A DNA stretch of 64,000 nt from Candidatus Sumerlaeaceae bacterium (GTDB lineage Bacteria; Sumerlaeota; Sumerlaeia; Sumerlaeales; Sumerlaeaceae), in NCBI GenBank assembly GCA_019695055.1, contig JAIBAT010000063.1, positions 6,220-70,219 on the forward strand. Reading direction: 5' to 3'. The notes beneath the pieces are model-generated. The model did not search any database and had not been told where the DNA came from. It was given only the letters and a program-made list of their open reading frames with translations. Positions 46,330 through 56,971 of the stretch are shown here, one piece after another (within the stretch, counting starts at the first letter, position 1; each line of letters begins with the position of its first letter). The translations under genes and the position numbers were made by a program.

Positions 46330-47262
46330 TTGGAGGACATGGATCAGCCCACCGCCGCCCCCTTCCGTTCCGGCTACGTTGCGATTCTTGGCAAGCCCAA
46401 CGCCGGGAAATCGACGCTTATGAATGCCATTGTGGGTGAGAAAATCGCCATTGTTTCCGACAAACCCCAGACCACCCGTGACCGCATCGCCGGCATTTTC
46501 ACGACCACGGAATTTCAAATCGTCTTCCTCGACACACCGGGAATCATCGTGCCCCAGGACCGTCTCAATGAATCCCTCATGGCCCGCGCCGCCGAGGCTC
46601 TCGAGGGGATTGACGTCCTCTACCATCTCGCCGACGCCACCGACCGCGAGCCGCCCAATGAGCGCCTCCTCGAACTGCTCCGTCGCGCCAAACCCCGCGC
46701 GAGGTTCCTCGTCATCAACAAGATCGACCGCGCCCGCGGCGATCGCGAGCCTATTCCGCCGGGCATTGATCCGACCCGCTACGACGAGGTCTTCTTCGTG
46801 TCGGCGCTCAAGCGCCAGGGGCTGGACAAGCTCATCGAGCGCACCACCGCCCTCCTGCAGCCCGGGCCCATGTATTACGACCCCGAGCAGCTCAGCGATC
46901 GCGACGAACGTTTCCTCGCCGCCGAGATTGTCCGCGAAAAAGTCTTCCGCCACACCGGTGCCGAGATCCCCTACGCCGTTTACACCGAGGTCGCCGCCTT
47001 CGAGGAACGCCCCGGTAAGGACTTCATCAGCGTTGCCATCTACGTCGAGCGCGACTCTCAAAAAGGCATCATCATCGGCGATGGCGGCCGCACGCTCAAG
47101 ACCATCGGCTCCGAGGCCCGCCGCGGCATTGAAAAACTCACAGGCCGTCCCGCCTATCTCGAACTTCGCGTCAAGTTGCGCAAAAACTGGCGCAAAAAGG
47201 AAAACGAACTGGCTAATTTTGGCTTCAAGCCACCGCCCAAGAAGGGAAGAAAGAAATCTTGA
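46330..47262 (+). CDS. era: GTPase Era
   Basis: GKPNAGKSTLMN G1; DKPQTTR; DTPGI; C-terminal KH-domain block. Confidence 0.85.
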   Translation: MEDMDQPTAAPFRSGYVAILGKPNAGKSTLMNAIVGEKIAIVSDKPQTTRDRIAGIFTTTEFQIVFLDTPGIIVPQDRLNESLMARAAEALEGIDVLYHLADATDREPPNERLLELLRRAKPRARFLVINKIDRARGDREPIPPGIDPTRYDEVFFVSALKRQGLDKLIERTTALLQPGPMYYDPEQLSDRDERFLAAEIVREKVFRHTGAEIPYAVYTEVAAFEERPGKDFISVAIYVERDSQKGIIIGDGGRTLKTIGSEARRGIEKLTGRPAYLELRVKLRKNWRKKENELANFGFKPPPKKGRKKS

Positions 47263-48713
47263 ACAGGGATCGCACCGCCATGCGTAGTTTCATTGTAACG
47301 CAACATCAGGGGGAACAAAAAGTGTCACTCTATTATCCGCGCAATATTGTCTTATGCCTCATCGCCGTATCGCTCTTCGCGGCAGCACCTTCGGTATTGG
47401 CGCAGCCCGCCGGCAGTCAGCCTACTCAGGAATCAACCAGGATGTCCGATGCTGCCTCCACAAACACCGATTTTTTGAGCGACCCGGATTTTCGCCAATT
47501 GTCGCGCGAAGAGCGCCGCCGCCGCGGCCAGGCCAGCTATATCGCCCGCTTTGAGCCCACCGGCAAACCCTCCGTCGAAAAGCTCAATGATTACATGGAG
47601 AAGTTTGTCGAGATCAACGTCTTCGATCCGCGGCTTTTCGTCTGCAAGCTCACGGCCGAGCGAGTTCCCGATACCACCGGTTCCGTCATCCTGCGCGGCG
47701 AGGTTTCGGCGCCGCAGTTCAAATCGGGGATTGAGAACACCCTCAAGCGGCTCGGGTTCAACGTCGACAAGAACGAAATCGCCCTATTGCCGTCGCCCGA
47801 TCTGGTAGCGCCTTACGCCGTGAGCACCACCTCCGCCGCCACCCTGCGCAAGGAACCGCGCCGCAACGCCGAGCAGGTGAATTCCGTGCCCATTGGCGGC
47901 GGCATCCGCCTGCTTCGCGCCGCCCGCGCCGAGGATGTGACCACCACAGCCACGGGCCGCGGCAACCGCGGTGGAGGACGCATGGGGCGCCGCCAGCCCG
48001 AGGACAATACCACTCCCGCGGATTGGTTCCTCGCCCAAACTCCAGAAGGCTACACTGGGTTTGTCCTGAACGACGAAATCCGCCTCCTGCCCGAGTTCGT
48101 CCAGCCCGATGCCATCCTTCTCGTGCCGACGATTATCAAGCACGACGATCAGGCGCTGACGATCCCGATGGGAGCGCTCCTTCATGCCGGCAAAGAGAAG
48201 ACACCCAGGGACCAGCGCACCGCGGAGCAACAAATGCTCGCGTTCCGGCTGCCGCTTGGCAAGACTAACGTAACATTGTCGCTCCCCGCCGCAAACGTGC
48301 GCCAGTTTCACCCCGTCTTCACCGCGGAACAAATCGAGGCTCTCGTCAAACCTTTCGACGGCACCACCTACGTCTGGGGCGGCACCACAAACGACGGTAT
48401 CGACTGCTCCGGATTCAGCCAGTTTGTCTACAAATCCCGCGGTGTGTTCCTGCCCCGCGACGCCGTCGAGCAGGCCATCGTCGGCCGCATTGTCGCCTGG
48501 GGTACCGATGTGGAAAAGTACGTCCAGCCCGGCGACCTGATCTTCTTCCTCAGCGACACTGGCCGCGTCTCCCATGTCGCCGTCTCCCTCGGCGGCGACA
48601 AGATCGTCCACTCCAGCCATGACCGCGTAAAGTACGGCACCATCGCCGACCAGGAAGACAACGAGTCGCCTTCTCTGCGCACTCGTGCGGTTTTTGCGCG
48701 TCGGGTGTTCTGA
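47259..48713 (+). CDS. NlpC/P60 (C40) family peptidase with a long N-terminal region; start uncertain
   Basis: C-terminal ...YVWGGTTNDGIDCSGFSQFVY...SHVAVSLGG (Cys-His catalytic arrangement). Confidence 0.6.
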   Translation: MNRDRTAMRSFIVTQHQGEQKVSLYYPRNIVLCLIAVSLFAAAPSVLAQPAGSQPTQESTRMSDAASTNTDFLSDPDFRQLSREERRRRGQASYIARFEPTGKPSVEKLNDYMEKFVEINVFDPRLFVCKLTAERVPDTTGSVILRGEVSAPQFKSGIENTLKRLGFNVDKNEIALLPSPDLVAPYAVSTTSAATLRKEPRRNAEQVNSVPIGGGIRLLRAARAEDVTTTATGRGNRGGGRMGRRQPEDNTTPADWFLAQTPEGYTGFVLNDEIRLLPEFVQPDAILLVPTIIKHDDQALTIPMGALLHAGKEKTPRDQRTAEQQMLAFRLPLGKTNVTLSLPAANVRQFHPVFTAEQIEALVKPFDGTTYVWGGTTNDGIDCSGFSQFVYKSRGVFLPRDAVEQAIVGRIVAWGTDVEKYVQPGDLIFFLSDTGRVSHVAVSLGGDKIVHSSHDRVKYGTIADQEDNESPSLRTRAVFARRVF

Positions 48714-48722
48714 GGGGGCTAT

Positions 48723-49196
48723 GTGACCCCGCCTGACGCTTCGTACATAAAGGAATTGGAGCTCGATATCAGGCCGGCTCGGAGCACATATATCGTGCTG
48801 CTTGTCTTGGGTGCACCAGTGCTAATTACGTCGATACTCGCTGAGATCAAGACCGGCCGCAATACGGGCGTTCTCTTAATGGTTGTGGGCTTCTTGGCCC
48901 TTCTTGTTTACTTGGTAGCGGCAACGCACATTAGGGTAACAAGTGGATATCTCTATTACCATGGTCCATTTTCGCGCCGAAAGGTTCGGCTTGAGGACAT
49001 CCGAGAGGTTGTTTCGGTGGTAGGAGGAAAGACCTACTCGGAAAGGACATTTCTACCACCCATTCGTCTGGAGGTTCACGCCAAGGCCCATCGGTTCAAG
49101 ACGTTTTGGATAAATGCCAAGATTTTTAGGTTGGAAGATTTGGCGTTACTTCGGAAGCTGCCCGAGTTGAGCAGGGATCCAAATCGCTTGGGTTAG
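48723..49196 (+). CDS. hypothetical small membrane protein (reduced-GC segment)
   Basis: Two hydrophobic helices then a soluble domain; local GC drop. Confidence 0.35.
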   Translation: MTPPDASYIKELELDIRPARSTYIVLLVLGAPVLITSILAEIKTGRNTGVLLMVVGFLALLVYLVAATHIRVTSGYLYYHGPFSRRKVRLEDIREVVSVVGGKTYSERTFLPPIRLEVHAKAHRFKTFWINAKIFRLEDLALLRKLPELSRDPNRLG

Positions 49197-49425
49197 GCAA
49201 ATTGATGCCAACAGGTTTAGCCTTGGGGAGTGGCACAGCGATCGAATCCTTTGGAGAGGCTTGGAAAGGCAACGGAAGTTGGTGGATCATAAACCTTCTC
49301 GCAAAGTTAAGACGGTCGCAGGGGACGGGAGTCCGACAGCGATTTGCGTTTGACAGCCCCCCAACACGGCCCGAACTTACCCCATTAATTGACCAAAACG
49401 AAAGACGAAGAGCGCTAAAAATCGA

Positions 49426-50559
49426 ATGATCCAGTTTGTAGACATACCCGCGACCCACAACGCCTTCCTGCGCGACTATTTCAAGGAGCTGCAGCAGCTT
49501 TTCACGACGTGCGACTTTATCGGGGCCAGCTCCAAGACCGCAGCTCAGTTCGAATGCCAGTTTGCCGGCTACATCGGCGCGAAGTACGCCATTGGCGTCG
49601 CGTCCGGCACAGATGCGCTCTTGTTGCCTCTCCATGCCGTGGGTGTCGGCCCCGGCGACGAAGTCATCCTCCCCGCCTACGGATTTATTGCCAGCGCCGA
49701 CGTGGTCGTCCGCCTTGGCGGTCGCCCGGTGTTTATCGATGTGGACCCGATTTCCTACAACATGGACCCAGCCCGGCTCGAAGCGGCAATCACGGACCGC
49801 ACCAAGGCCATCATGCCCGTCCACCTGTTCGGTCAGGCCTGCAACATGGACCCCATCATGGAGATCGCCAACCGTCGTGGGATTCCCGTGATTGAAGACG
49901 TGGCCCAGGCCTGCGGCGCCGAGTACGGCGGCAAGAAACTGGGGAACATCGGCGCCTTTGGCGGATTCAGCTTTTACCCCACCAAGAACCTCGGCGGTGC
50001 CGGCGACGGCGGCGCCATCACCACCAACGACGACGCCCTTGCCGAGAAACTGTACAAGTTCCGCGACCACGGCCGCAACAAGAGCGGCGCCTTCGAGATC
50101 ATTGGTTATAACAGCCGCCTCGACACCATCCAGTCCCTTTATCTGGCCCATAAGCTCGAAGACTTGGATGATTCCATCATGGATCGCATCGAGAACGCGC
50201 GGCTCTACAACCAGCTCTTCGAGGGCTCGGAGATAGTCACCCCTGCCGTTCCCGACGACATGAGCCATTCCTTTAATCTCTACACGATCCGCGTCCGCGA
50301 CCGCGATCGCCTGCAGACCTTCCTGCGCGAAAAGCAGGTGGCCACGGCGGTCTATTACAAGGAACCCATGCACATGACGCCCGCGCTGGCCGGTCTCGGC
50401 TACAAGCCCGGGGATTTCCCGATCTCCGAGAAGTCCACCAGCGAGGTGCTGCAATTGCCCGTGTATCCCGGCCTCAAGAAGCGCGAGATCGAGACCGTCG
50501 CGCAGCTTGTGCTCGAATTCCTCAACAACAACGTGGCGGCCATCAAGCTGGGTCGATAG
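49426..50559 (+). CDS. DegT/DnrJ/EryC1/StrS-family PLP-dependent sugar aminotransferase
   Basis: ...GASGTDALLLPL...SFYPTKNLGGAGDGGAITTND. Confidence 0.8.
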   Translation: MIQFVDIPATHNAFLRDYFKELQQLFTTCDFIGASSKTAAQFECQFAGYIGAKYAIGVASGTDALLLPLHAVGVGPGDEVILPAYGFIASADVVVRLGGRPVFIDVDPISYNMDPARLEAAITDRTKAIMPVHLFGQACNMDPIMEIANRRGIPVIEDVAQACGAEYGGKKLGNIGAFGGFSFYPTKNLGGAGDGGAITTNDDALAEKLYKFRDHGRNKSGAFEIIGYNSRLDTIQSLYLAHKLEDLDDSIMDRIENARLYNQLFEGSEIVTPAVPDDMSHSFNLYTIRVRDRDRLQTFLREKQVATAVYYKEPMHMTPALAGLGYKPGDFPISEKSTSEVLQLPVYPGLKKREIETVAQLVLEFLNNNVAAIKLGR

Positions 50560-50677
50560 TAACTGTCCGGTTTGCAGCAAGGACTGAGGAGTAGCGACCT
50601 GGCCGCAAAAAAAGTGAAGTCATGAAGCCATCTGTTGAAGCTTTTGGGAAAGTACACTAAACGAAAGGCTCCCCCAA

Positions 50678-51211
50678 ATGTTTACCAACATCCTCATAGG
50701 CATTGCTGTTGTTGTCGTGCTGTTCGTTGTGGTTGTGGCCCTGCGGCCTGGAGGGTTTCGGGTCATGCGAGCCACGTCCATTTCCGCTCAGCCGGGCGTC
50801 GTCTTTCCCCTCGTCAATGACTTCCACAATTGGGACGTGTGGTCGCCATGGGCAAAACTGGATCCCAACATGAAGCAAACCTTTGAAGGCCCGTCCGCCG
50901 GCACCGGCGCCATTTACAGTTGGCTTGGGGACAAAAAAGTCGGCGAGGGGCGTATGACGATACTGGAAAGCCGCTCGGACGAACTGGTCCGGATCAAGCT
51001 GGAGTTCCTGAAACCTTTTGCTTCCACCAATACGGCGGAGTTCACTTTCAGGAATCAGGACAACCAAACCCACGTGACCTGGACCATGACAGGTGAGTGC
51101 AATTTCGTGTTCAAGGCCTTCGGTCTGTTCATGAACATGGATAAGATGGTGGGGCCGGATTTCGAAAAGGGCCTAGCCCAGATGAAGGCCGCGGCGGAAT
51201 CAGCCCGCTGA
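50678..51211 (+). CDS. SRPBCC-family (polyketide cyclase/START-like) protein with N-terminal TM helix
   Basis: TM MFTNILIGIAVVVVLFVVVVAL, then a helix-grip-like domain. Confidence 0.5.
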   Translation: MFTNILIGIAVVVVLFVVVVALRPGGFRVMRATSISAQPGVVFPLVNDFHNWDVWSPWAKLDPNMKQTFEGPSAGTGAIYSWLGDKKVGEGRMTILESRSDELVRIKLEFLKPFASTNTAEFTFRNQDNQTHVTWTMTGECNFVFKAFGLFMNMDKMVGPDFEKGLAQMKAAAESAR

Positions 51212-51297
51212 TTTGGGATGCAGCTTCTCAATAAGGTTGATTATCGGGCCGCAGCAGATTCGGATGTCGTTCCAATTTTGTCAGGAGGGTTCAAAGC

Positions 51298-52413
51298 ATG
51301 AGTAGTGTTCGGGTATTGGTCGGCACCAAGAAGGGTGCGTTTATCCTCACGTCGGATGGCAAGCGCGACAAGTGGACGGTCAGCGAACCCCATTTCACCG
51401 GCTGGGAAATCTACCACATGAAGGGTTCGCCCGTGAACCCCAACCGCATCTACGCGTCGCAAACCAGCGGGTGGTTCGGCCAGAAAATCCAGCGCTCCGA
51501 CGATGGCGGGAAAACCTGGGAGCCCGTGGGCAGCGAGTTCGCCTACGACGGCACTCCCGGAAACCACCTGTGGTACGACGGGACGCAGCATCCCTGGGAG
51601 TTTAAGCGCATCTGGCACCTTGAACCCTCCCTGACGGATCCCGACAAGGTTTATGCGGGCGGCGAAGACGCGGCCCTCTGGCATTCGGCGGATGGCGGCC
51701 AGAGCTGGCAGGAGATTTCCGCGTTGCGCGCCGTTAAACCAAACCTTTGGATGCCCGGCGCCGGCGGCATGGGGCTCCACACCATCGTTCTCGATCCAAC
51801 CAATCCGAACCGGATCTATATCGCTATCTCGTCCGCGGGCGCGTTCCGCACGGATGATGGCGGCAAGTCTTGGAAGGCTATCAACAAGGGGCTGAAGTCC
51901 CTCTATGAGCTTCCCGATCCGGATGCGGATGTGGGGCATTGTGTCCACCGCATTGCGATCCATCCGTCGCGCCCCGATGTGCTGTATATGCAGAAGCACT
52001 GGGACGTCATGCGCAGCGACAACGCCGGCGACATGTGGAATGAGGTCAGCGACAACCTCCCGACGGATTTTGGATTCCCCATCGATGTGCACGCGCACGA
52101 ACCCGAAACGATTTATGTTGTTCCGATCAAGAGCGACTCGGAGCATTTCCCGCCAGACGGCAAGCTGCGCGTTTACCGCAGCAAGACCGGTGGCAACGAT
52201 TGGGAAGGCCTCACGAAGGGTCTGCCACAGAAGGACTGCTACGTGAACGTCCTCCGCGATGCCATGGCCGTGGATTCCCTTGATAAATGCGGTGTCTACT
52301 TTGGCACCACGGGCGGCCAGGTTTACGCGTCGGCAGACGGCGGAGATTCCTGGAATGCCATCGTCCGTGACCTGCCGGCCGTGCTGTCCGTCGAAGTCCA
52401 AACGCTTTCCTGA
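51298..52413 (+). CDS. BNR/Asp-box repeat protein (sialidase/glycosidase-like beta-propeller)
   Basis: Repeated SxDxGxTW/SW boxes ([32 protein letters not shown]); RBS AGGAGGG. Confidence 0.6.
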   Translation: MSSVRVLVGTKKGAFILTSDGKRDKWTVSEPHFTGWEIYHMKGSPVNPNRIYASQTSGWFGQKIQRSDDGGKTWEPVGSEFAYDGTPGNHLWYDGTQHPWEFKRIWHLEPSLTDPDKVYAGGEDAALWHSADGGQSWQEISALRAVKPNLWMPGAGGMGLHTIVLDPTNPNRIYIAISSAGAFRTDDGGKSWKAINKGLKSLYELPDPDADVGHCVHRIAIHPSRPDVLYMQKHWDVMRSDNAGDMWNEVSDNLPTDFGFPIDVHAHEPETIYVVPIKSDSEHFPPDGKLRVYRSKTGGNDWEGLTKGLPQKDCYVNVLRDAMAVDSLDKCGVYFGTTGGQVYASADGGDSWNAIVRDLPAVLSVEVQTLS

Positions 52414-52415
52414 TC

Positions 52416-52718
52416 GTGCCTGTAATTCGTGTCATCATTCCATTTCACCTGCGCCGCCTGGCGAATGTCAGCGGCGAGGTGGAACTGGAAGTGCCGGACC
52501 CTGCGACCATCGGCTCTTTGCTGGAGGCGTTGGAAACGCGCTTCCCAGTCCTGCGCGGCACGATTCGAGACTTTGGCACCCTCCAGCGGCGGCCGCTGCT
52601 TCGATTCTTTGCGTGCCAGGAGGACTGGTCCCTCGAACCGCAGACCACACTGCTGCCCGAGGCGGTGCTTCGCGGCCAGGAGCCATTCATGGTTGTCGGC
52701 TCCATGGCGGGCGGCTGA
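52416..52718 (+). CDS. MoaD/ThiS-like ubiquitin-fold sulfur-carrier-type protein (C-terminal GG)
   Basis: 100 aa ending ...MVVGSMAGG. Confidence 0.4.
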   Translation: MPVIRVIIPFHLRRLANVSGEVELEVPDPATIGSLLEALETRFPVLRGTIRDFGTLQRRPLLRFFACQEDWSLEPQTTLLPEAVLRGQEPFMVVGSMAGG

Positions 52719-52951
52719 GCCGGTCCCACCGTTCCGTCTGTTTTATGGGGTTGACTGGCCCAAATTGCACCGCCAAACCGAATCCATAAAACAGTTCCGA
52801 AATTTGCCGGCATCTGTTTCGCCGGAGAAGTTCGGCATTGCGGGGCATCGCGGCCCCATGCGTTTTTCGGTTTCATCTCTCTCCCCGTGAAATTCCCCCG
52901 CACTTCCCCCGGTGCGCCGCGACCTGACCGCGAAGGGAGAATGGGTATTAC

Positions 52952-54295
52952 ATGACGTACGTTGATGATGTCCTGAATGAAGTCACGGCCCTGAACCCGG
53001 CGCAGCCGGAGTTTATCCAGGCCGTCACGGAAGTGTTTCACAGCCTCAGGCCCGTGGTGGAGAGGGAGCCAAAGTACCAGAAGAACGGCATCCTCGAGCG
53101 CCTCGTGGTTCCCGACCGCATTATCATATTCCGCGTCGGCTGGCTGGACGACGCCGGCCGCTTCCGGGTGAACCGCGGCTACCGCGTCCAGTTCAACAAT
53201 GCCATCGGCCCTTACAAGGGCGGGCTGCGATTCCATCCCAGTGTTTATCTGGGATTGCTGAAGTTTCTCAGCTTCGAGCAAATCTTCAAGAACGCCCTTA
53301 CGACGCTGCCCATGGGCGGCGCAAAGGGCGGCTCCGACTTTGATCCCAAGGGGCACTCCGACAACGAGGTCATGCGATTCTGCCAGTCGTTTATGACGGA
53401 GCTGTTCCGCTACATCGGCCCCGACACGGACGTACCTGCCGGCGACATCGGCGTCGGCGGCCGCGAAGTCGGCTATCTGTTTGGCCAGTACAAGCGAATC
53501 TGCAACGAGTTCCGCGCCGGCACGCTCACCGGCAAGGCCTTTGCCTGGGGCGGCAGCCTGATCCGGCCCGAGGCGACCGGCTACGGCACCACCTACTTCG
53601 CCCAGGAAATGTTGGCCACCCGGGGTGAGTCCCTGAAATCCAAGATCTGCACGGTTTCCGGATCCGGCAATGTCGCCCAATACCTCATCGAACGCGTCAC
53701 GCAGTTCGGTGGAAAGTGCGTTACGGCCTCCGACTCCAGCGGTACGATCCACGACCCCGACGGTATCGACGCCGAAAAACTGGCGTTCATCATGGAGTTG
53801 AAGAACGAGAAGCGCGGGCGCATTGGCGAGTATGCCGCGAAATATCCCAAGGCTAAATATTTAGCAGGGGCGAAGCCTTGGGCGATTCCCTGCGATTGCG
53901 CCTTCCCCTGCGCCACGCAAAACGAAATTAGCGTGGAAGACGCGAAAACCCTGGTCGCCAACGGCTGCAAACTGGTCAGCGAGGGTGCCAACATGCCCAC
54001 CGAGCCCGGCGGCGTGGACGTGTTCCAGGCCGCCAAGGTCCTCTATGGGCCGGCAAAGGCCGCCAATGCCGGCGGCGTGGCCGTTTCGGGACTCGAAATG
54101 GCCCAGAACTCACAGCACCTGTTCTGGTCGCGCGAAGAGGTGGACCACCGACTGCGCGAAATCATGCATTCCATTCACGAGGTCGCGCGCAGCACCGCCG
54201 CCGAGTATGGCGACGAAGGCAACTATGTTCTCGGCGCCAACGTGGCCGGCTTCATCAAGGTTGCGGACGCGATGATTGATCAGGGGATTGTGTAG
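52952..54295 (+). CDS. gdhA: NADP-specific glutamate dehydrogenase
   Basis: ...FNNAIGPYKGGLRFHPSV...TLPMGGAKGGSDFDPKG; RBS GAAGGGAGA. Confidence 0.85.
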   Translation: MTYVDDVLNEVTALNPAQPEFIQAVTEVFHSLRPVVEREPKYQKNGILERLVVPDRIIIFRVGWLDDAGRFRVNRGYRVQFNNAIGPYKGGLRFHPSVYLGLLKFLSFEQIFKNALTTLPMGGAKGGSDFDPKGHSDNEVMRFCQSFMTELFRYIGPDTDVPAGDIGVGGREVGYLFGQYKRICNEFRAGTLTGKAFAWGGSLIRPEATGYGTTYFAQEMLATRGESLKSKICTVSGSGNVAQYLIERVTQFGGKCVTASDSSGTIHDPDGIDAEKLAFIMELKNEKRGRIGEYAAKYPKAKYLAGAKPWAIPCDCAFPCATQNEISVEDAKTLVANGCKLVSEGANMPTEPGGVDVFQAAKVLYGPAKAANAGGVAVSGLEMAQNSQHLFWSREEVDHRLREIMHSIHEVARSTAAEYGDEGNYVLGANVAGFIKVADAMIDQGIV

Positions 54296-56027
54296 GCGGC
54301 CTCAGGATCGTAGAGGCCGCCGGTGGGGCTGCCTCAGGCCTGCTGGCAGCCTTCTGCGCCTGGCGCAACTTGTCTGAAAATAAAAAGCAGAAGATTAGCA
54401 TGTAGATACCCGCGATAATGCCGATGGCGTAAAAGATTTTCTGGCTCCTGAGCTTGTGCGGCGGAACGGCATGGATCTCTTCATCGGTGACTTGCTGGAC
54501 ACTGGCCAGTGCCCCCTGCCGATTTCCGACGGCAAAGTCCGCCACGGCGGAAGCCATGGCTTGTTCAACGAGTGCCGTCACCGTCGCGATTTCGACGGTG
54601 CTGGTGATTCGATGCAGCGAACGCTCGTCCCCCGGCGACAGACACGCGGTAACCTGCCCGTCGCGCGCAATGTCCACCCAGCTCATGCTGGAAAGCAGGC
54701 ACTTGGCGGGCAGCATGGCCTGGGCTGGCGACGGGCTGATGGGATTCAGGTAAAACCGCCTGCCGCTCAAGGTTGGTGATTGCCATGAGATCAGGTAGTT
54801 CTCTCCCAGGAACTGACCAAATCGAACCAACGTCTCTGCAGGAACTGGCTTGGGTTCCGTAATTCGGCCGGCGAGTTGCCCCATGGCAGCCCGCTGGAAC
54901 AGGTTGTAGTCCATGCGATTGGGTCGGGATTCCCGCACATGAAAGATGATCACGTTCATGACCAGGAACGAGGGCATCACCCAAAGCGGTGGCAGGTCGG
55001 CAAGGCAGACGATAATGAAAGCGGCGGCAACGATTGCGTTGGCGATAGCCATGGCCCCGATGAACCGGTTGTTGGTGTGGCGCCATTGCCAATAACCTGC
55101 ATAGGACGTCACGCCCATTAAAGCTCCCAGGAATGCAAAGACCGCATTTGTGCCATACCGATGCCCGGCGACAAGTGTCAAGGCGACCAGCACGCCGACC
55201 GTCAGCATCAGCGTCACATAGTTTCGGCGCAGGATTCCCGTCCGAACCTCACGGTCCCGGGCGAAGTTGCGCGCCATGCGGCTATTGAACCAGCCCACCA
55301 TTCCGAAAGTTACGCCGAACGGTATAAATTGCAACAGGTAGGGGAGAAGCGCAAATCCCGCTGCGCCTCCTCCAATGCCACCGCCAAGCATGGGAACCGC
55401 CGGGATGGCCGCCATTACCTTGGACTTCATATTGGTGTCGCTGCCAAGCTGGCGCAATTCGGATTCGATAGTCTCCTGCATCTGCGACCGCAGCGCAATG
55501 CGGGCCCGGTGGAGCCGCGTGCGCAGTGCCGCCTCGGAAATGCCCAGAATCTCGGCACACTGGCGTGTACTTTTCTCCTCCACGTGAAACAGGACAAGGG
55601 CCTCGCGATACTTGTCCGGAATCCGCGCCAGGGCCGAATTGACTTCAATCGCGGTGGCCTCTCCGGCGCCCGAGTCTGACGTCGGGCCAGCCGGCATGCT
55701 TTCGCCCCACTGGCGCATCCGGCGATCCTCCGAGGCCGACCGCTTTGACAGTCGAATCGCCAGATTGCGGGCGATCCGTGCCATCCACCCCGGCAGCCGC
55801 GACGGATCTCGCAGGACAGGCAGATACCTGTAGGCCTGAAGGAAGGTCTCCTGCACCACATCCTCGGCCAGGTCGCTCCGCCGCAGCCGGCTCCAGGCCA
55901 CCGCGTAAAGCATCCGCTGATACCGCTCCACAATCTCCCCGAACCGGTCGCAATGGCCGTCACGAATCGCGGCAATCAGATCGCTGTCCGTGGCGGGAAC
56001 CGCAAGGTCGAGTGTTTCAGTCTTCAT
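54255..56027 (-). CDS. ECF-type sigma-70 factor fused to a polytopic membrane / anti-sigma-like C-terminal region
   Basis: Region 2 (...AEDVVQETFLQAYR) and region 4 (EALVLFHVEEKSTRQCAEILGISEAALRTRLHRAR), followed by about 5 TM helices and about 250 aa more in one ORF. Confidence 0.6.
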   Translation of the reverse strand: MKTETLDLAVPATDSDLIAAIRDGHCDRFGEIVERYQRMLYAVAWSRLRRSDLAEDVVQETFLQAYRYLPVLRDPSRLPGWMARIARNLAIRLSKRSASEDRRMRQWGESMPAGPTSDSGAGEATAIEVNSALARIPDKYREALVLFHVEEKSTRQCAEILGISEAALRTRLHRARIALRSQMQETIESELRQLGSDTNMKSKVMAAIPAVPMLGGGIGGGAAGFALLPYLLQFIPFGVTFGMVGWFNSRMARNFARDREVRTGILRRNYVTLMLTVGVLVALTLVAGHRYGTNAVFAFLGALMGVTSYAGYWQWRHTNNRFIGAMAIANAIVAAAFIIVCLADLPPLWVMPSFLVMNVIIFHVRESRPNRMDYNLFQRAAMGQLAGRITEPKPVPAETLVRFGQFLGENYLISWQSPTLSGRRFYLNPISPSPAQAMLPAKCLLSSMSWVDIARDGQVTACLSPGDERSLHRITSTVEIATVTALVEQAMASAVADFAVGNRQGALASVQQVTDEEIHAVPPHKLRSQKIFYAIGIIAGIYMLIFCFLFSDKLRQAQKAASRPEAAPPAASTILRPPTQSPDQSSRPQP

Positions 56028-56269
56028 GCAGGGATAGAGATACTGCCCGTTGAAATGTTACAAACGCGAGACAGATTTCCGCCGTTCTTGGTTCCAGCCT
56101 GCAGGCCGGTGTCCGGAACACTCCTTTCGCAGTTTCGCCCCAAGCGCAATCCTTAACATCCCTCTACGAGGACCCGTGTCCTCACAGGCACGATCAAATC
56201 AACCTTTACACCTTCTAATCTCTGGCAACAATGCGGCCTCCAGCATTTCATCCACAGGGAGAAACGACA

Positions 56270-56754
56270 TGGCCGAACCCGCCAAGAATACGATTTGCCT
56301 TTGGTACGACAAAGACGCCGAGGGCGCGGCGCGGTTTTACGCCGAAACCTTTCCCGATTCGGCGGTGGGCGATGTGCTCCACGCGCCCGGCGACTTTCCC
56401 GGCGGCGGTAAAGGCCAGGTACTGACGGTCCAGTTTACCGTCCTCGGCATTCCGTGCATGGGCATCAATGGCGGACCGGCGTTCAAACAAAGCGAAGCCT
56501 TCTCGTTCCAGGTCGCCACCGTCGATCAGGAGGAAACAGACCGCTACTGGAATGCCATTGTCGGCAACGGTGGCGCCGAGAGCGCGTGTGGTTGGTGCAA
56601 GGACCAATGGGGCCTAAACTGGCAGATCACCCCCATCGCCCTCACCAAAGCGATCTGCGATCCCGACCCCGCTGCCGCCAAACGCGCCTTCGAGGCAATG
56701 ATGACAATGGGAAAAATCGACATCGCAGCCATCGAAGCCGCCCAACGCGGCTAA
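56270..56754 (+). CDS. PhnB-like VOC (glyoxalase-fold) family protein
   Basis: ICLWYDKDAEGAARFYAETF... resembles the 3-demethylubiquinone-9 methyltransferase-like/PhnB domain. Confidence 0.55.
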
Positions 56755-56971
56755 GGTTGGTATCGGCGGGCTAGGCAGGGCCCCGACTCCACGGGCGGGC
56801 TCCGTGTGCCACTTTTTGGAGGTTCCCGGTGGGGGGGAGGGGGAGGGGGGGGACTCCCCGAGATTTCTAAAATGTTTATTTTCAGCGATTTGCATTTTGA
56901 GTGGTAGCCCTTTTGGGATGTTTTTTGTGCTTTTTAAATCGGTTTAAATTGCGATGAAATGATGCTTTTGG

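Noticed and set aside
45844-47061. 405-aa minus-strand ORF antisense to era, and similar long shadow ORFs (47784-48620, 49126-50580, 12457-13239, 6799-7896, 8709-9587, 15266-16033, 33053-33712, 60134-60931)
   Set aside because: All overlap motif-supported genes on the opposite strand and show Arg/Gly/Ala-rich shadow composition.
52445-53752. 435-aa minus-strand ORF spanning the MoaD-like and gdhA region
   Set aside because: It is antisense to gdhA, which has unmistakable GDH motifs. It has no motifs of its own.
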